From Phallusia mammillata (lineage: Eukaryota), in contig OZ281501.1 in the NCBI GenBank assembly GCA_965637545.1, positions 15,190,001-15,254,000 on the forward strand: a stretch of DNA of 64,000 bases. The letters are read 5' to 3'. A model generated the notes under the pieces. The model was not told the origin of the DNA, made no database searches, and was given only the letters and a program-made list of their open reading frames with translations. Shown piece by piece: positions 27,101 through 42,100 of the stretch (position 1 is the stretch's first letter; every line of letters begins with the position of its first letter). The translations under genes were made by a program, and so were the position numbers.

Positions 27101-30100
27101 CTAGGTTGTTCTCTTTCAATCAATTGCAATACTCTTAGTTTAAACTTAAAAAATAGAATCGCCCAGCTCGTTGCTTGGTGGACGTAGACTGTAATAACCC
27201 TTAAGTATGTTAATTACTTTCCATCTTGTGTCAATTGTTATTAATTTAAACTAATTGTCTTATTATGAGCATTTGTTCAAACACAATTAAATCACATGTA
27301 ACGTACTGCTAACGTACTGAGTAAATATAAATTACATGTCCATTGATTGCAATAATGGCATCAGAGGACCTTGTTAAAAAATACTAATTACCAAATTTCT
27401 GAATATCCGTGCAATAGAATGAACTTCAAAATGTTAAAAAACTAAAACACAAGTCGTTTTATTTCTTAGTCACAATCAAAATGTTTCACCTATCTATTAC
27501 AGGCGAACCACAAACATCGTGTTCAGCAAAACTCACAGTGCTGGGTTGGTTTGAAACCGAGCCATTTCAGAAAATCTCCACTGGTCTACCCGAGAGCACT
27601 TCCATACAAATTGGTGGGGACACCGTATTTACTATACGTCTCTCATCTGATGGAAAGTGCAATTCGAGTTGGTCTCATTGCGGCAAACCCATTCCGCGAA
27701 AAAGCAAAAAGTAAGAATATGACATGTATTTCTGTCTATTCTGTTGATATGGTCATGTGATTGGGACTCCTCGTCTTTGCTTTAGGAGTTAATAGATCTT
27801 ATATTTTAGTTGCTTTGCCATTTTAGGTTTTGCGAATGTCTAAGGAATTAAAGTCTGGTTATACTTAGAAATATATACGAGTGTGTTTTGTGTGCAATGT
27901 TAGTTTGCAAAATATAAATTCCTTTTTATATTTTATAGTATACATTGTCTTATATCTAGCTATTCTGTTATCTATATTTGTAGCCACAACCTTTTTGAAA
28001 TGTTTAACTTTTTGTCAGATACAAGATCAAACAACACGGCGACGAAATACGACTAACGATCCGTGACGTCACTGTTGATGACGTCGGGCCTGTGCAGTGT
28101 CTAGTGGACAAACAAAAAACAGTGACGGAACTAAAAGTTGATCAACAACAATTGGAGGTCAGCATTGACATGTGATGTAGAAAACACCACTTATATGAGA
28201 AGAAAGTTAAAATCGTTTCTTTTAATATTTTTTTTTCTTTTTTTTTTATCTTTTAGGTTGCTGATGGAAAAATGCCTAATTCGGAACCTCCTAAACCATT
28301 GTTCACTTTTGTTGACGACGAATCCGAATCCTCACGAAGTCAAGTTCGGAGTTTTTCGGAAGGCGAACGTGACGTAACGATCACGTGCCGCGTTTCGGAT
28401 CCAAATGCGAAGGTCGAATGGAGAAAGAATGGAAAAGCGATTAATATGGAAGATGAAAATGTCAAAGTAAGATTACAGAAAGTTTAAAAACACAATTTGA
28501 ACTGTTCTGTGTCCTTTCAAAATCACAAGTTTGTGATATGTTACACCATATTGCAATTTTAACAAACTTTTTTTCGCGTCTGTTTTGTTACACAGGTAAA
28601 AAACAATGTTTTCGCGTAATAGAGACTCTTTATTACTTAAATGCCTACTAATGAAAAAAGAAGCCCTATAAAATTGTTTTCGAATACAGATTTTATCTGG
28701 TGCTGTTTTCTATTTTAAGGTGATTGACGAAAACAATGAACGAAAGCTGATTTTTCGTAAAGTTTCGCCAATAGATAGTGCCACATATGACTGTGTTCTC
28801 ATCTCCGACAGTGATGACTTAATGAAAAAATCATTTGAAATTCATGTAAAAGGTATATTTTAACAATCAGTTTAATAATTCGTTTTGCCACCTAATGGAC
28901 TTGTTAAAATAAGGAGCCCTTTAATTTGTGAAAATTTTTGTTGATTTTTAAAATTACGACTTTTTTAAATTGTAAAAGTGCATTTGTTCTGACATTCTTT
29001 CTACTGCACAGAGACACTTCAGCTTATAACCAAACAACTTTGTGGAAAACAAGATCTGACAGAGGGCGACATCATGCGGCTAACAGTTTTTGTTGAACCG
29101 CCCACTACTGACCTCGTGTGGATGAAAGATGGACTAAAATTGAAGGTGTCAGAAGACAAAGGTATGTGCTTCAATTGCTTTGTATTGAAACAATCAAGAC
29201 AACAAAAAGTACTTTTCACGATTAGGCTTAATCTTTTTTAAAGCAAAAAACAGGATGAATTGTTGCAAAAACAAATTATTGAAGCACTGGACCACGTATA
29301 TTGGGGAAAAAAATTATTATCTCAAATCAACAGTTCCAAATGTGTTAAATTGTCTCTCACCAGTTTATGGCCCGATTTATCAATATTCAATGACGTTTGT
29401 TTCTTTGCAGTGGGTTGACATATATGGTCGTACGTGTGGGCAATGCAACTTTTTTTCGAACGCAGACTCTCGTATCCAAGCAACCGGAATCGGTAGCAAC
29501 GAGCGGCATCTCGTTGTCAAGGAAGTCACGTGTCAGGACAGTGGTGTTTACTCATGCGAAACGCTTCATGATTCGTCGAAGTTGAGTATCAAAGTGTCAG
29601 GTATTGTATAATCATTTATCGCTGATCTTTTATCTCAAATACCTAAAAAACATAACGCGACGTTTACTAATTTATGACTTTAAAAAAATTATAAATACGC
29701 AAGTTGTCCTTGTAAAACATCACAGAAGCCTAGAGGCCCTTGTCCACTTTGAAATTTCAATGTACCTTAAATTAAGCAATTTTGTCGAAACCTCAGTCAT
29801 TGATGTGATAAGATTGTGGTAAAACTAACTAATGGCTTGTTGCATTTTCTAAATCGACAGGCTAGGCATCAAACGTAAATTGTTTGTTTTTTAAAAGACT
29901 ATTGGTTTGCAGAACCAGTGGTTGAAGTGATTCAGAATTTAAACAATTGCGAGTGCGAGGATTGTGGAACTGTCAGTTTTCAAGTCAAGTTGTCTCGAAA
30001 GCCGAAAGTTTCTCATCAATGGAAGTTGAACGGAAGGAAACTTGTTAACAATGATGATTGCCTTGTAAGTTTTGCCAAGCGTAAATCTACATTGAATAAT

Positions 30101-33100
30101 GTATGTTCGGTTTTTCATAAACCATGCCGTGAAGGGCAATTTATTCTTCCGCTCTTCTGCTTATTTACTATCTGTTTCAATAAGCTTTTTATGTAGCTTT
30201 AATATTTCTCTAGCATTTGGGCTTTAACAAGTATAACAATATCATCGTACAGATTACTTGCAATGAGAATTTGCACTGCGCTACATTGAGGAATCTGACT
30301 TCTAAAGATAGTGGCCAAATGGAGTTTGTTTGTGGAGAAGTTAAGGAAACCGCTTCTCTTCTTGTTCAACGTAAGTTTGGAAAAATCAGTTTTTTCACAT
30401 ATAGACGTTTAAATAAGATTTTCTGTAATTTTGTAGTAAGTTCTTCGAAATGGTTATTGCTGTTCGATATTATTACAGGATTATCGTAAGCCTAAAATCT
30501 AATTATGTTTGTAAAATCCTAAAGAAAAACTATGACATATTTTAAAACTTTAAAGAAAAACTATGTGTCTGGTATCATGCCATTTTTCGAAAATAATTCA
30601 AGTCCACTTTCTTAACATATCTTTGTTTTGTTCATAGCGCCACCTATCAAGTTCACCCAACGATTGAATGACGTCACAGCCAGTGCTGGTTTTGAAGCAA
30701 TATTTCTATGTGAGGTGAACGATGATGATGCAGAGGTGCAATGGTTTAAAGGTGCAAAAACATTGAAATTAGTTGTTTTATTGATCTAAAATATTTTTTT
30801 GCTATTGGGGAAAGGTTTTTGATATGCTTGATATGGTTTGGGTGAATATCATTGCAAGCAACTTTTTAGATGAAAAAAAAAGAAAACCGGCTGAAAAGCT
30901 GCATATGCATAAAATAAACGATTAAAATTAAAAAAATGCCAAAAAAAACATTTCTGCTTTAGACCTTCAAATTAAACAAAAAATCGGGATATACATATAT
31001 ATTGTAGAGATTGTTTACACCAAAAAAAGAGGAAGAAGTTGAAATATATGCGAAATAAAATCATTACATTTAATAAATGTTGTTTTTGAAAGATGGCGTT
31101 GAAATTAGATCAAATGATCGCTACGTCATCATACGAGAAGGCCGAGTTCGGAAATTGAAGTTCAAGGAGGCCACTTTTGAAGAAAGCGGATCATCATTCA
31201 AATGTAAATCGAAAAATGACGTTACAACATGCACTTTGCAAGTCGAAAGTAAGTAATATAATGAAATAAATGAAAAAATGCAACTAAAGAATAAAAAAAG
31301 TAAAAAGATGGCGTTTATATGCACTCCCCTGATCACAACTGAGTGATAAGATGAAATTGTAAGAAAAAACGAAAACAAAATCCAGAAATTACTAGAAAAT
31401 ATCTATAAAAAACAAAAACTAAGACAATTGATTTTACATCTTTATGTTTTTCCAAATGCAAGCTGGATCTTAATATTATTATTGTTTTATTTGAATAGAA
31501 GTACACAAATTTAATGTAATACCAAAACGCTCGTAATATACAAAAAAAAGAATTACTTATTTGCAGAACCCGTCCTAAGCGTGGTGGAAGAGCTCAGTGA
31601 CGTCACTGTGATTGAGGGGGAGCGGGCAATCTTTCGATGCAAGTTGTCCTTGGCCGATGTCAAGGTCATTTGGTTGAAAAATGGAAAGATTCTGGAAGAC
31701 GAAAAGCACAAGTCAGTTCAAAAATAATTCCTGTTGAAATACAATAAATCAAAAATCGACGCTCAAGTTTGAGATTAGGCAATTCGATTAATTCTGGTTA
31801 TTACGTATTTCATTTTCGATGCAGTTGATACCATTTTACATTTACTAAAAAAAACATATTTATTTTGTTATATTTGTCAAACTTTAAACTCCTATGCGAC
31901 AGAAACGTACGTATTTTGGTGATTACGTTACAATCTATCATGTTCTAAGTCAGTGGTTCTTTACTCATTTCGGGCCATGGACCACCAGTTCAATTATATG
32001 AATATTATGGACCAGTACATTGTTAAGTACGGATAAAGAAAACATCTGTAACAAGCATAGTGGCTTGAAATTATTCCTTGGATAAGCTTTTTTCGTACTG
32101 AATATTCACTATTCAATAAGTATATCTAACTAATTCCATTTTTTCACCAAATATGATTAACGCCCTGTGGACCACCCAAAGGTTATCCTGGACCACTAGT
32201 TGAGAACCCTTGCTTTACATCAAAACCAATGGACTATAAAATCCTTGGTAAAACAGAATATGATTTTATAGTCGATTGGTTTTAATGTATTACAGTTAAA
32301 AAGGCAAACAGTGATTGTCAGTTTAAGACATGCTGTTGATGGTTTTGATCTGTTACTACTAAAGTTGTCATTTTTATGATAGGCATGGTTGCCACACCGT
32401 CCCTATTTCTTAGACTTGCATTCTTTATTATTGGGTTTACAACATTCAGTATTTTACTTCAACTGAGACGCATCATTTGTGCAGTAACTTGCTGGATTAG
32501 TTTATGAGACTAATTTTTCTGTGAAAATAAAGTTTTACACCAATATAGCCTGCACAACTAACCTACCCTGTTAAAACTCAATTTCTACATTTCTTCAGAA
32601 GAATGACATTTGCAGTATCATTGCCTGTGACAGCTTCTTAACAGTAATGTTATTCAGACGTGAGGTGATCAGTGATGGATACTTGCACGAGCTGCGCATG
32701 CGCAAACTCACTACCGCCGACAGTGGTGAGGTAAAACTAGTGGTTGATTGCGACTTGCTGGACTGCGCTACTTTGTTGGTAAAAAGTAAGTTATAATGTA
32801 CAGTGTACAGTGTTGTTTTCATATGTACCATTTGACTTTTTTCGCACAAATGCAAGTAACAAAAACATATTTTATATTTTTGAGTAAAACTGTACACATC
32901 TTTCAACATTATTTTGTTTTCAACACAAGTGTGCCCAACTTCATCGTTTGTTTTTGCAATCATTTATTGAATAACCTAATTCTGTACATTGTTATGACGA
33001 ACTTTGACTTCACAAATTGTTGACCCCAGAACCACCAGTTCGTTTCACACGTGACCTGCGAGATCAAGTCGTCGATCTTAAAGTTCAAGTCGAAATGATG

Positions 33101-36100
33101 TGCGAAGTTTCCGATCATGAAGCTGAAGTCACGTGGTACAGAAATGACGTAACAGTAAGTACCATTGTGACGTCATAGCATAACAATTAAAACAGCAAAT
33201 TTCGCAAATCCTTTCTAATTTGCATCCAATCAAAATATACAGATGATAAAAGTTTGTTTCAACTAGCCCCATATTGCCAGGTTTTCTTTATAACCTGGTA
33301 ATTAGACACTTGATCCGACAAAATTATTATGTTGTACTGATGTTTAGATCACTAATAAAATAAAGATATATTTTGGGGGGTAAATTGCCTGTTTTTTTAA
33401 ATCGTTAAATTTGTAGCCATTTTCTTAATTACGCTTAGAACATTCAACAATGTGGTTGTGCCAGCTTTCATAAGTAGTCTATTTGATTTGGTTTGCACTT
33501 TTTTTAATTTACAGCTACATTTTAACATTGATTTTAGGTGGAAGAAGCGCAGAAGTCCACCGACCTAAACATCACAACCCACACTGACGGCTGCAAGCGA
33601 TTTCTCGTCATATCACGTGCTCTCATGCATCACGAAGCACGTTACTCGTGCGTGACCGAAGATGGTAACCGCACATCAGCCGAGCTTTTCATTAAAGGTG
33701 CGTCCCAAAACTTTATTTGCATCGCTACAAAATAGCATGAATTGTACATTTTTTACGTATTTTTAGTGCCCCCTTTGACACTGGTTCGACCTCTTAGTGA
33801 CGTCAGCAAGTACATAGGCGATGACGTTGAATTTATGGTTGAACTTTCTATGGCGGATATAGAGGGAGAATGGCTATTGGACAGTGAACCAATAAGTGTG
33901 GGCAAAAAGGTATAACAACTTTACCCTGGAAGCATAAACACAGTTAATTTGAACCCTTTTTTTCACAGAAATTAAGATAGTTTTTTTAAAAAAAAAAAGA
34001 TGTTGTGGGGATATAGTGTTTTATGTCTTTTAAAAGAAAAAAAATTCCGTAGTCCGAAAACATAGGTTGCTTTAATTAGGCTACCACAGGAAAAACAAGT
34101 AACTTTAAATATGAACCTTTTTTACGGCAAGCACGCTTGCACAAAAACCTTTAAATTTATCAGTGTGGTTTACTATTGTGATTTACGGAATTATGTTTTG
34201 TATTATTTGAATAAAATGTCAATCCATTGATTCAATAGGTTAAAACTGAAATCAAAGCTGAACGAAAAACCCTGATTTTGAAAGATGTTCGACAACCTGG
34301 AATTATTACATATCGTGTCAACAAACAAGTTACAACAACCTGCCGACTTGACGTACGGGAACGCCCGGTAGCGATAGAAAGACGCTTATCTGACGTGAGA
34401 GCACGCGAAGGCAGTGACGTCGCATTCGAATGTTATTTTTCAAAACCCGATCTTCAGGTACAAATATACAATCACAAATATTTCCTCGCGTATTTAATTA
34501 TTAAACTTGAAATTGTAATTATTTAGGTCACGTGGTACATGGATGATGAGGAGCTGACGTCAGACGCGAAGTTTTGCATCGACACGGATGGCTGCACACA
34601 GCGGTTACGCGTCAGTGACGTCAGATACGATGACGAGGCTAATTACTCGTGTCGATACAAACACAGAAGGTGGTTGTGAACTCCTCCCTTAACAATTTAA
34701 AACGTTTTTATTCTTCTCCAATAGTCTACATATTAGATGCTATACCATGCTAAGATCTTTTAAAACTGTGTATTTTATCAACTTCAAAGGTAATATTCCC
34801 AGAACTTGAGTGTAAATTTACAAATCACATGTAAAAATAAAAGTAAATTCCTCTCAAGTATTAAAATACCTACCGGTAGTGAACCACTGTCTTAAACTAC
34901 CTCTATTGACCTTAATGCAAATAAACATTAGCAAAATAAGCTACGTTGTATTTATATATGTATGCATACATACGCGAAACAATATTTTGGACTGTGTAAG
35001 TCGTAAACACGTTTTCATATTACATAGCGTATTGGTATTCATATTACATACAAGTTTCCATGACAGTTTATTGTGAACAATCGTTCTATTTTAGAACTTC
35101 AGCCGAGCTTACGGTTCTAGAACCACGTATCGATCTCATCAAGCCTTTGCGAGACTTCGATGTCTACGAAGGCGATTGCTGTGTTCTAGAATGCAAGTTA
35201 TCTCTCCCAGAAGTACCTGTGTCTTGGAACCAAGACGGACGACCAACAATGGGAGCTGAATCACAAGTTGTCAAGGTAGAGTGTTGCATCCGCCATTTTT
35301 GTTTTTAGTGGTGGATTGAATTTTCTTGATCAGCGCCATTCCATTTTTTGTGAACGTTGAACTAACTAACAATTCAGCAATGGTTTAACTGACATATCTT
35401 AGGTCAATGTGGGCCAACCATATCACTATCAAATTACTGTAACAAATATAAGCTTATTTAAATACATGAATTTCAAATTTTGTTTTCAGGGCAACGAATC
35501 TGTTACTCACATCCTAACGTTGGAAAATCTGACCCGTTCTTCGTCTGGTTCCTATTCCCTTGTTTGTCTGAACAAAACACTTACCACTTGTAAGGTAAGT
35601 TTTCACTGCTATTCACAAAGTCAAAATCTTAACTATTTTCTGTAGAACACATTTGCTTCATTTTTTTCACGCGCAGATTCAAGTTTCGCCGAAACCAATC
35701 GCAGTTCTCACCCCACTTTATGACCTCACAATCCAAGACGATCAGGAGTTAGTTTTGGAATGCGAATTCTCGAAACCGTGTTCGAATGTTATGTGGACTC
35801 ACGATGGTCGCGAAATCAAGGTGGGTTCAATTCTCAACTTTTCAAACCACTCAACTTTTCCAACAAAAATTGCAGAGAGTGCACACTGTTTTGACCAATA
35901 AGATCTCATCAGTGCAGCTGGTGACAAGAGATAGGCCGTTTTGGCTAGTGCAGCGGCAAAGGTACTCCGGTTTGTTAAGAGTAGTATCCTAAAGGCCATG
36001 CCTCACCTATTCTGTTCGATGCCACAGTTGGGAAACTGGCTCACAATGGGAACCTAAGTGATGTCGGCTTAGTGTCACAGTATCATCGTAAAAGCATCAA

Positions 36101-39100
36101 GTCAAGCAAATGATAAGCTGCAGACAGTGAAACGTTTTTTACTGCGGACCGGATAACATTGCAAATAAATGCGATAGAGCCAAACACCGTACATGCTTTA
36201 ACGCAGCGCCATTTTAAAACTGTGTTCCTTTTGCAGGACCAGCGACAATTGCAATCTTATTTAGTGTCAGAAAGCGTTACTTTTAAACAGTAAACTTGTG
36301 TGGAATAATGCTCTTCTCTACTGGCAATGCTCGTTTATTTCATCACAATTAATAAACGAATACCCAGTTTATTGACGACTGTGACTTTTTACTTCTTTTA
36401 GAAATCCTCTCGAATCTTGTTTAATGGCCAAACCACAACGGTTCATCGGTTGGAAATCAAGTCCCCAGAATGGAACGACTCTGGTCGCTATTGTTGTGTT
36501 GTTCCAAAACATTGTGAAACCTCTTGTCGCGTCATAGTGGAACAATGGAGAATCGCTCTTGTACAAAATCTTCCACAGTCTTTAGTGCTTTCTGAAGGTA
36601 AATGTATAGTTTTTGCTTTTTTTCTTTTGTGATTTTTGGGATAAAAAACTGTAATTGTGGTTTTACTCATTTAAAGGGGTAGAAAATAAGTTTTACTAGT
36701 TAATTGGTGCAAATCAATGTTACATTGTTGGCATTTGGTATTTTTAACCTATATTTACCGAAATTGTTACATTGAAATTGGTTTTGGGTAAAAACAAGGG
36801 ACACATTTCTTTTTCTAACCGTGGCTTGTTTCTCCCGTTTGCTTAATAAAAAAATGGTTTAAATTGTCATAAATTTGCACAAATATTCTATACGGTGGGC
36901 CTATTTCCTTTTTGATCCTGGTTGACCCAGCAGTTAAACCAAAAAACCGTCAAATTCTCAAAAAGCGATTCTACTTTATGTGCATGAAAAGTATGTAAAT
37001 GGCAATAAAATAGAAGTCTGTTTTATGGTTCATTATCTTTATCGATTATCAACGTGCACACACTTCAATTAGGCGACGAAGGTCAACTCACAGTCAAATT
37101 CTCCACCCACGTGCAACCCGACGAAGTGACGTGGTTTGTCGATGACGTCAAAGTGGATGACGTGTTTGCCGCGGAAAACATGACGTCAGTTCGTCATTCA
37201 CATTGCGCATCGAACTTGGTGATAGAAAAAGCTCATCTTCGATGGAAAGATGCAGCCGTTTCAGTTACCTGTCGAAATTTGGCAGCAAGGTGTGACCACT
37301 TATTGGAAAGAAGAACTCAAGTAGTATGATAGAATCATTTATAAAATAGCAATATATTTTTATGATTCAACTTTCGGTGGGTTCTCCAATGAGCCTGTAT
37401 AGCACAGTTGGTAGAGCGCAAGGCTAAAAAAGACTCCTGTCGTGGGTTCGAATCCCACCGCAGGTAGATTTATTTAGCCTGTGCCTTGCCACATAGAGAA
37501 TACTTGGTAACCGGCTGATTTGGCATAGCACATTTAATAGGCTTTTCGTACTATATTTTTTCGCTTTGGTGGTACTGAATTCACTAATCACTATTTTCTG
37601 TCACACAGTTGCATAATTGATGTCATCGGACTTCCCTCCGCCCCACAATGCATCGGTGTAACTCAAGATGGCCTCCACGTAAAACTCGCCTGGAAGGAAC
37701 CGAGTGACCTTGGCGGCTGTGACGTCATTGATTACGTAATCGAGGTGAAGGCGGTCGACGAATGGAAGGTGACGGATTGTTTCGTCACAATGCCACGAAA
37801 CCACGGCGACCTAATACAGGGACTAGTAAAGGGTCTCACTGCTGGAATTACTTATTGGTGATTACAAGTATTTTAGTACAAAAAGAGAATTTACTGACTT
37901 TGATTTGTTTAATGCTGTGAGTATACCATGTATTTGTCTTTGGTTGCCTCCGTAAATGTTTTGAAAATAACGTTTAACTTTATCAAGCACATGTGTTTGA
38001 CCGAGTTACTTTGCTTGTACAAATACCATTTGCGTGGTACCTATTTTTTATTATTCAAGCTCCTTCATCGATGATAATGGCTTTGCAACAAAATGAAGAA
38101 CTTTTGAATTAAAACATTTCAAACTCTCTTTACATCTTTTTTTGAGAACACGTCTCGGGCCATCTTAATCAATTTAAAACTTTCCATGGCTTTGTTATTT
38201 CTTCCTTGCCTTATTGGAAATTGTAAAACAATGCTTGTTTGTTTCACAGTTGTCGAGTTGCTGCAGTCACAGAACATGGTACTGGAGAGTTTAGTGAGTT
38301 TGAGGAAACCTTTACTCCTGAAGAGCCGCTAATATTTTCAAACGAGCTGGAAGATTTGGTGGTCGAAGAAGGAGAAAGCTTAGAGATGTGGTGTGAGGTA
38401 GGAAGTGGCGATTAAATCAAAACAACTAAATTTAAGTTTAAAAAATAAATTAAATACTGTATATGTCTGTGCAACGTTATGCCTTGGAGCTTTTCCGCAT
38501 GTCATTTCCTGTATCGAATTACAAAACAAGCATCCCTAACCCCTGATGATACACTTGTACTAACTTATTATTGTGGGCTTTGGCTAAGACATATAAAACT
38601 TAATTTTAGTCATTTGAAATAGTGTATTACCTAAAATTGGGCCAAAGTTCCAATACGCATCTTAGTTAATTTGTAGTGTTGTCATCCTCGGCATATTGTG
38701 ACGTCACACACTTATGACGTAACAAACAGATATCTCGGATTTTCGTTCTGCTTCTCTTGTTATTTTGTTAGTGCAGTGCCCTACTTAGATAGCATCTTTG
38801 CTCTTTTTACCGCCCTTTAGCGGATGGTTTCATTTCTAATGTGCTGATTCATTTACTACAGAGCTGACGATTCTAGATTTGGTTATGTAACCTCACATTG
38901 AACGATTTCACTTTTTTAAACAGTTGTCACGACCCAGTAAAATTGAAGCTGTATGGACTCGAGATGACGTCATAATTGGTAACGATGACGACCGTGTCAG
39001 TTTCTATTCTTATGACGACACCAGAGAGATTGTGATTGAACCCGTTTCATGTAAAGACAACGGAATGTATAAGTAAGAGAAAATTTGACATTTGCTGGTT

Positions 39101-42100
39101 GCAAAATAAAATAGGGAAATTAAATTTCTAATACTTAAACAAAAACAATTGTGCAACCTGATTAATGTACGATATTTGTATTTATGCAGCTGGTTTTAAA
39201 ACAAATAACTTTACTAACGAACCTTCGTTGAAACTGACACAAAATAAAAGCACTAATCTCTGAAACAAGGACGGTAAAGCAGCTATTGTTAGTAACTTTT
39301 AAAAAGTTGTCCGATACAACTCTAACATTATGTACATTGTCTAAAAAAAGCCTTTAGCTTTTTAAAATCAGTTGGGTCTTTCATTGGTTTAATGCACTTA
39401 AAAAAAGGTTAATTTTAAAACTTCCACTCTCTGGCAGGTTTTAAAAAAAAATTGAACCTTTTGTATAGATGCTCTGTTGGCAACATTACGTCATCATGCC
39501 ACGTCACCGTCAACTCGTTGCCCACCCTGTTTCTACGTCAGTTGAATGACGTCATTGTCGCTCAGGGGAACGAACTGGAGCTGACATGTGCTTTGTCTGC
39601 AACTTGCGATGATGTTAAATGGCTAAAAGATGGAGATATTCTTCACACGGTAAATTTGGCTCTGAAATCTTACATAAAAAAGATAATACCTTTATAATTT
39701 TGCAACTTAAATGTCTGTTTTTGGCCCTGTGTATTACAATGCAGATGGCATTTTTTCGCATTTTGAGAAAAGGTATATGATTCAGCCTGTGTAACAGGGT
39801 AGTGTCCGACGGATTAAACCATCAGCGTCACTTTTTTATAAAACAAAAATATTAATTTTCCCCTATTTAGGCATGTTTGAGAAAAGGTTGTGGAAAAAAA
39901 TATAGAAAGAATGAAGACATAATAATTTAGGAACCGAAGAGTTTTAGTTCATTGAAACTAAACTTAAAACCTTAAAGTAACCTGCTAAATTTTAGATTTA
40001 AAAAAAATATATGTTTGTGGTAGTCACCGAGACATCAAATGCTGCAAGAAAACACGGTTTACATGCTGGTCGTTGAAGAAGTTAACAGAACCGATGCGGG
40101 AACATACACGTGTCAAGCCACAGACTATAACGGTGTCACTATTAGCACGGAGTCAACCGTTCACGTGTTAACTTCGGAAGAAGAAACTGATCCTGGAAAC
40201 GGTTTGAAAACGCAACAAACGATTGAAGATGATGTTTTCGAATCAGACTCATTTGAATCTGATTCCCTTGATGATGAACTTCTTAATGCAGAAACATCTT
40301 CATCAAGCGACGAATCTATCACCAAGGAGGAGGAGATGACTCTTGAAAATGAAGATGATTTGTTGATCGTAGATGCTCAAAACTATGTTGAAAACCAGGA
40401 TTCAATCGAAAGAGAAGATTTGAAGAAGGAAAGCGCTTACCATTCACAAAACGAAGAAGAAACTTTAAATGGGTCTGAATTCCCCGTGCTTAAAAACGAA
40501 GAGAATATAGATTTAGAAGTTCAGGATTTGGCAGTTGACGATCTTTCAGAAAAGAACGGATTAAATGACGGTTTGTCTTCCTCCATTTCTAAACAGGACA
40601 GTAATGTTAGTGTTGGAGAATCTCAATCCTCTGCCGCAGATGTTACATACACGCCGGAGAGAGCAGATTATGATAAAGAGGAAACCAAAGAAGAAAACGT
40701 TTTTGTTTCCGATGAACAAGAAAAAATAGTAGATTCTACAAATTCGTCAGAAAAGGAAACATGTGTTAATATGGCAACCATTGAATCTCCGGTTGTTGTT
40801 GACCAAAATCAGTCAACCGACGAAAGCTGTGATGACGTCAGCGGTATTGACGAAATGGCGACGTCACGTTTGGATGAGTCAAGTGGCAGTGATGCGATGG
40901 TGGTTAGTGATGGAAATGTTGGAAAAACGGTTTCTTTCGGAGATCTGAAGTTGACCGAAAAGTAAGTTTTATAACATTTCTGGATAATATTGTCAGTTTT
41001 ATACAGTGAACCTCGGTTAATACCGCCCCTTTACACTTAAAAATTGTCAGGATAAGATCTGGATTAACCGATGTCGATTAGTTCAAGTCTTACCACATTA
41101 CAAATCATTTGTACCTCAAGTTTTGTCCGAATTGGGCCAAGATCCGGTTTAACCGAGGTTTACTGTATTTGTGTTGTAAGGCGTTTGATGCACACCTTGG
41201 TGAAGCTATTTGATAAGTCATGCAATATTTCATTTCGCTTTCGCTCCTTAAAATCCATCAGTTTTCGACGTCTTGCTATTGTTGCAAACTAGTTTTCTAG
41301 CACGTAGTTTTGAATAAAAGCAAGTGTGTTTGCCTTCTAATTGTTTCTGAATCTGTTTGACTTTCAGAGTTGAACAAAGCGAAAGTGATGAGAAGAAACG
41401 GAAACGCATGAGTGTTGCTTCTGTGTTTTCGGATGCTTACGAAACAGCGAACGAATCCTTTGTAACTGATGATGACGCGTTTACTGACGCAACAGAAGGA
41501 GAAGATCCTGACGAGTAAGTACCTTGTTAAAAAAGTATCTAACAAGATCACAAAACGAACTAATTATTTGCTTCTTTATTTAATTACATCTTTTTTTTAT
41601 CCTCGATTATGCTCACAATGAGTCGTCTGTCAAGCTGCCTGCTTTATTTAATTTCGGTTTGAAATATGTTCTAGAACATGCGGAATCAGAAATAAATACG
41701 GCGATTACATAACATAAAAAATTACATCAAATATATCAAGCCAACCTAATTAGAAACCAAACATTTCATGCTTATTTTTTACAGATCGCATGTTGTGTCT
41801 CAAAATGAAGAAACAAATGTTAAAAACATCGAGGTAGAATCTGAAAACCTCACGGAAGCATATGATCCTTCCGAGGACGAGGGCGACTCAGCATGCACTG
41901 TGTCAAGCTTTAACAGCGTCGAAATAAAAGCTCTTTCTCCTGTTTTGGAAGTTGAAGAAGACGATTGCAATAATCTTGTCATGGACCTCAGTCAATTGCG
42001 GGAAGCTTTTCTCAGTGACGCGTTGCCTACGTCATCGCGTGCAACTGAAGGTGAAAATATAAAATGTTTGACTAGCAGTGGGAGAAAAGAAATCTCGGGA

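Noticed and set aside
32599-32657. Upstream acceptor (TTCTTCAG) extending the exon at 32658
   Set aside because: The proximal acceptor already gives a normal Ig strand spacing in the required phase.
35880-36170. GC-richer intronic stretch with small ORFs on both strands
   Set aside because: No terminal repeats, TSD or protein motif could be identified.
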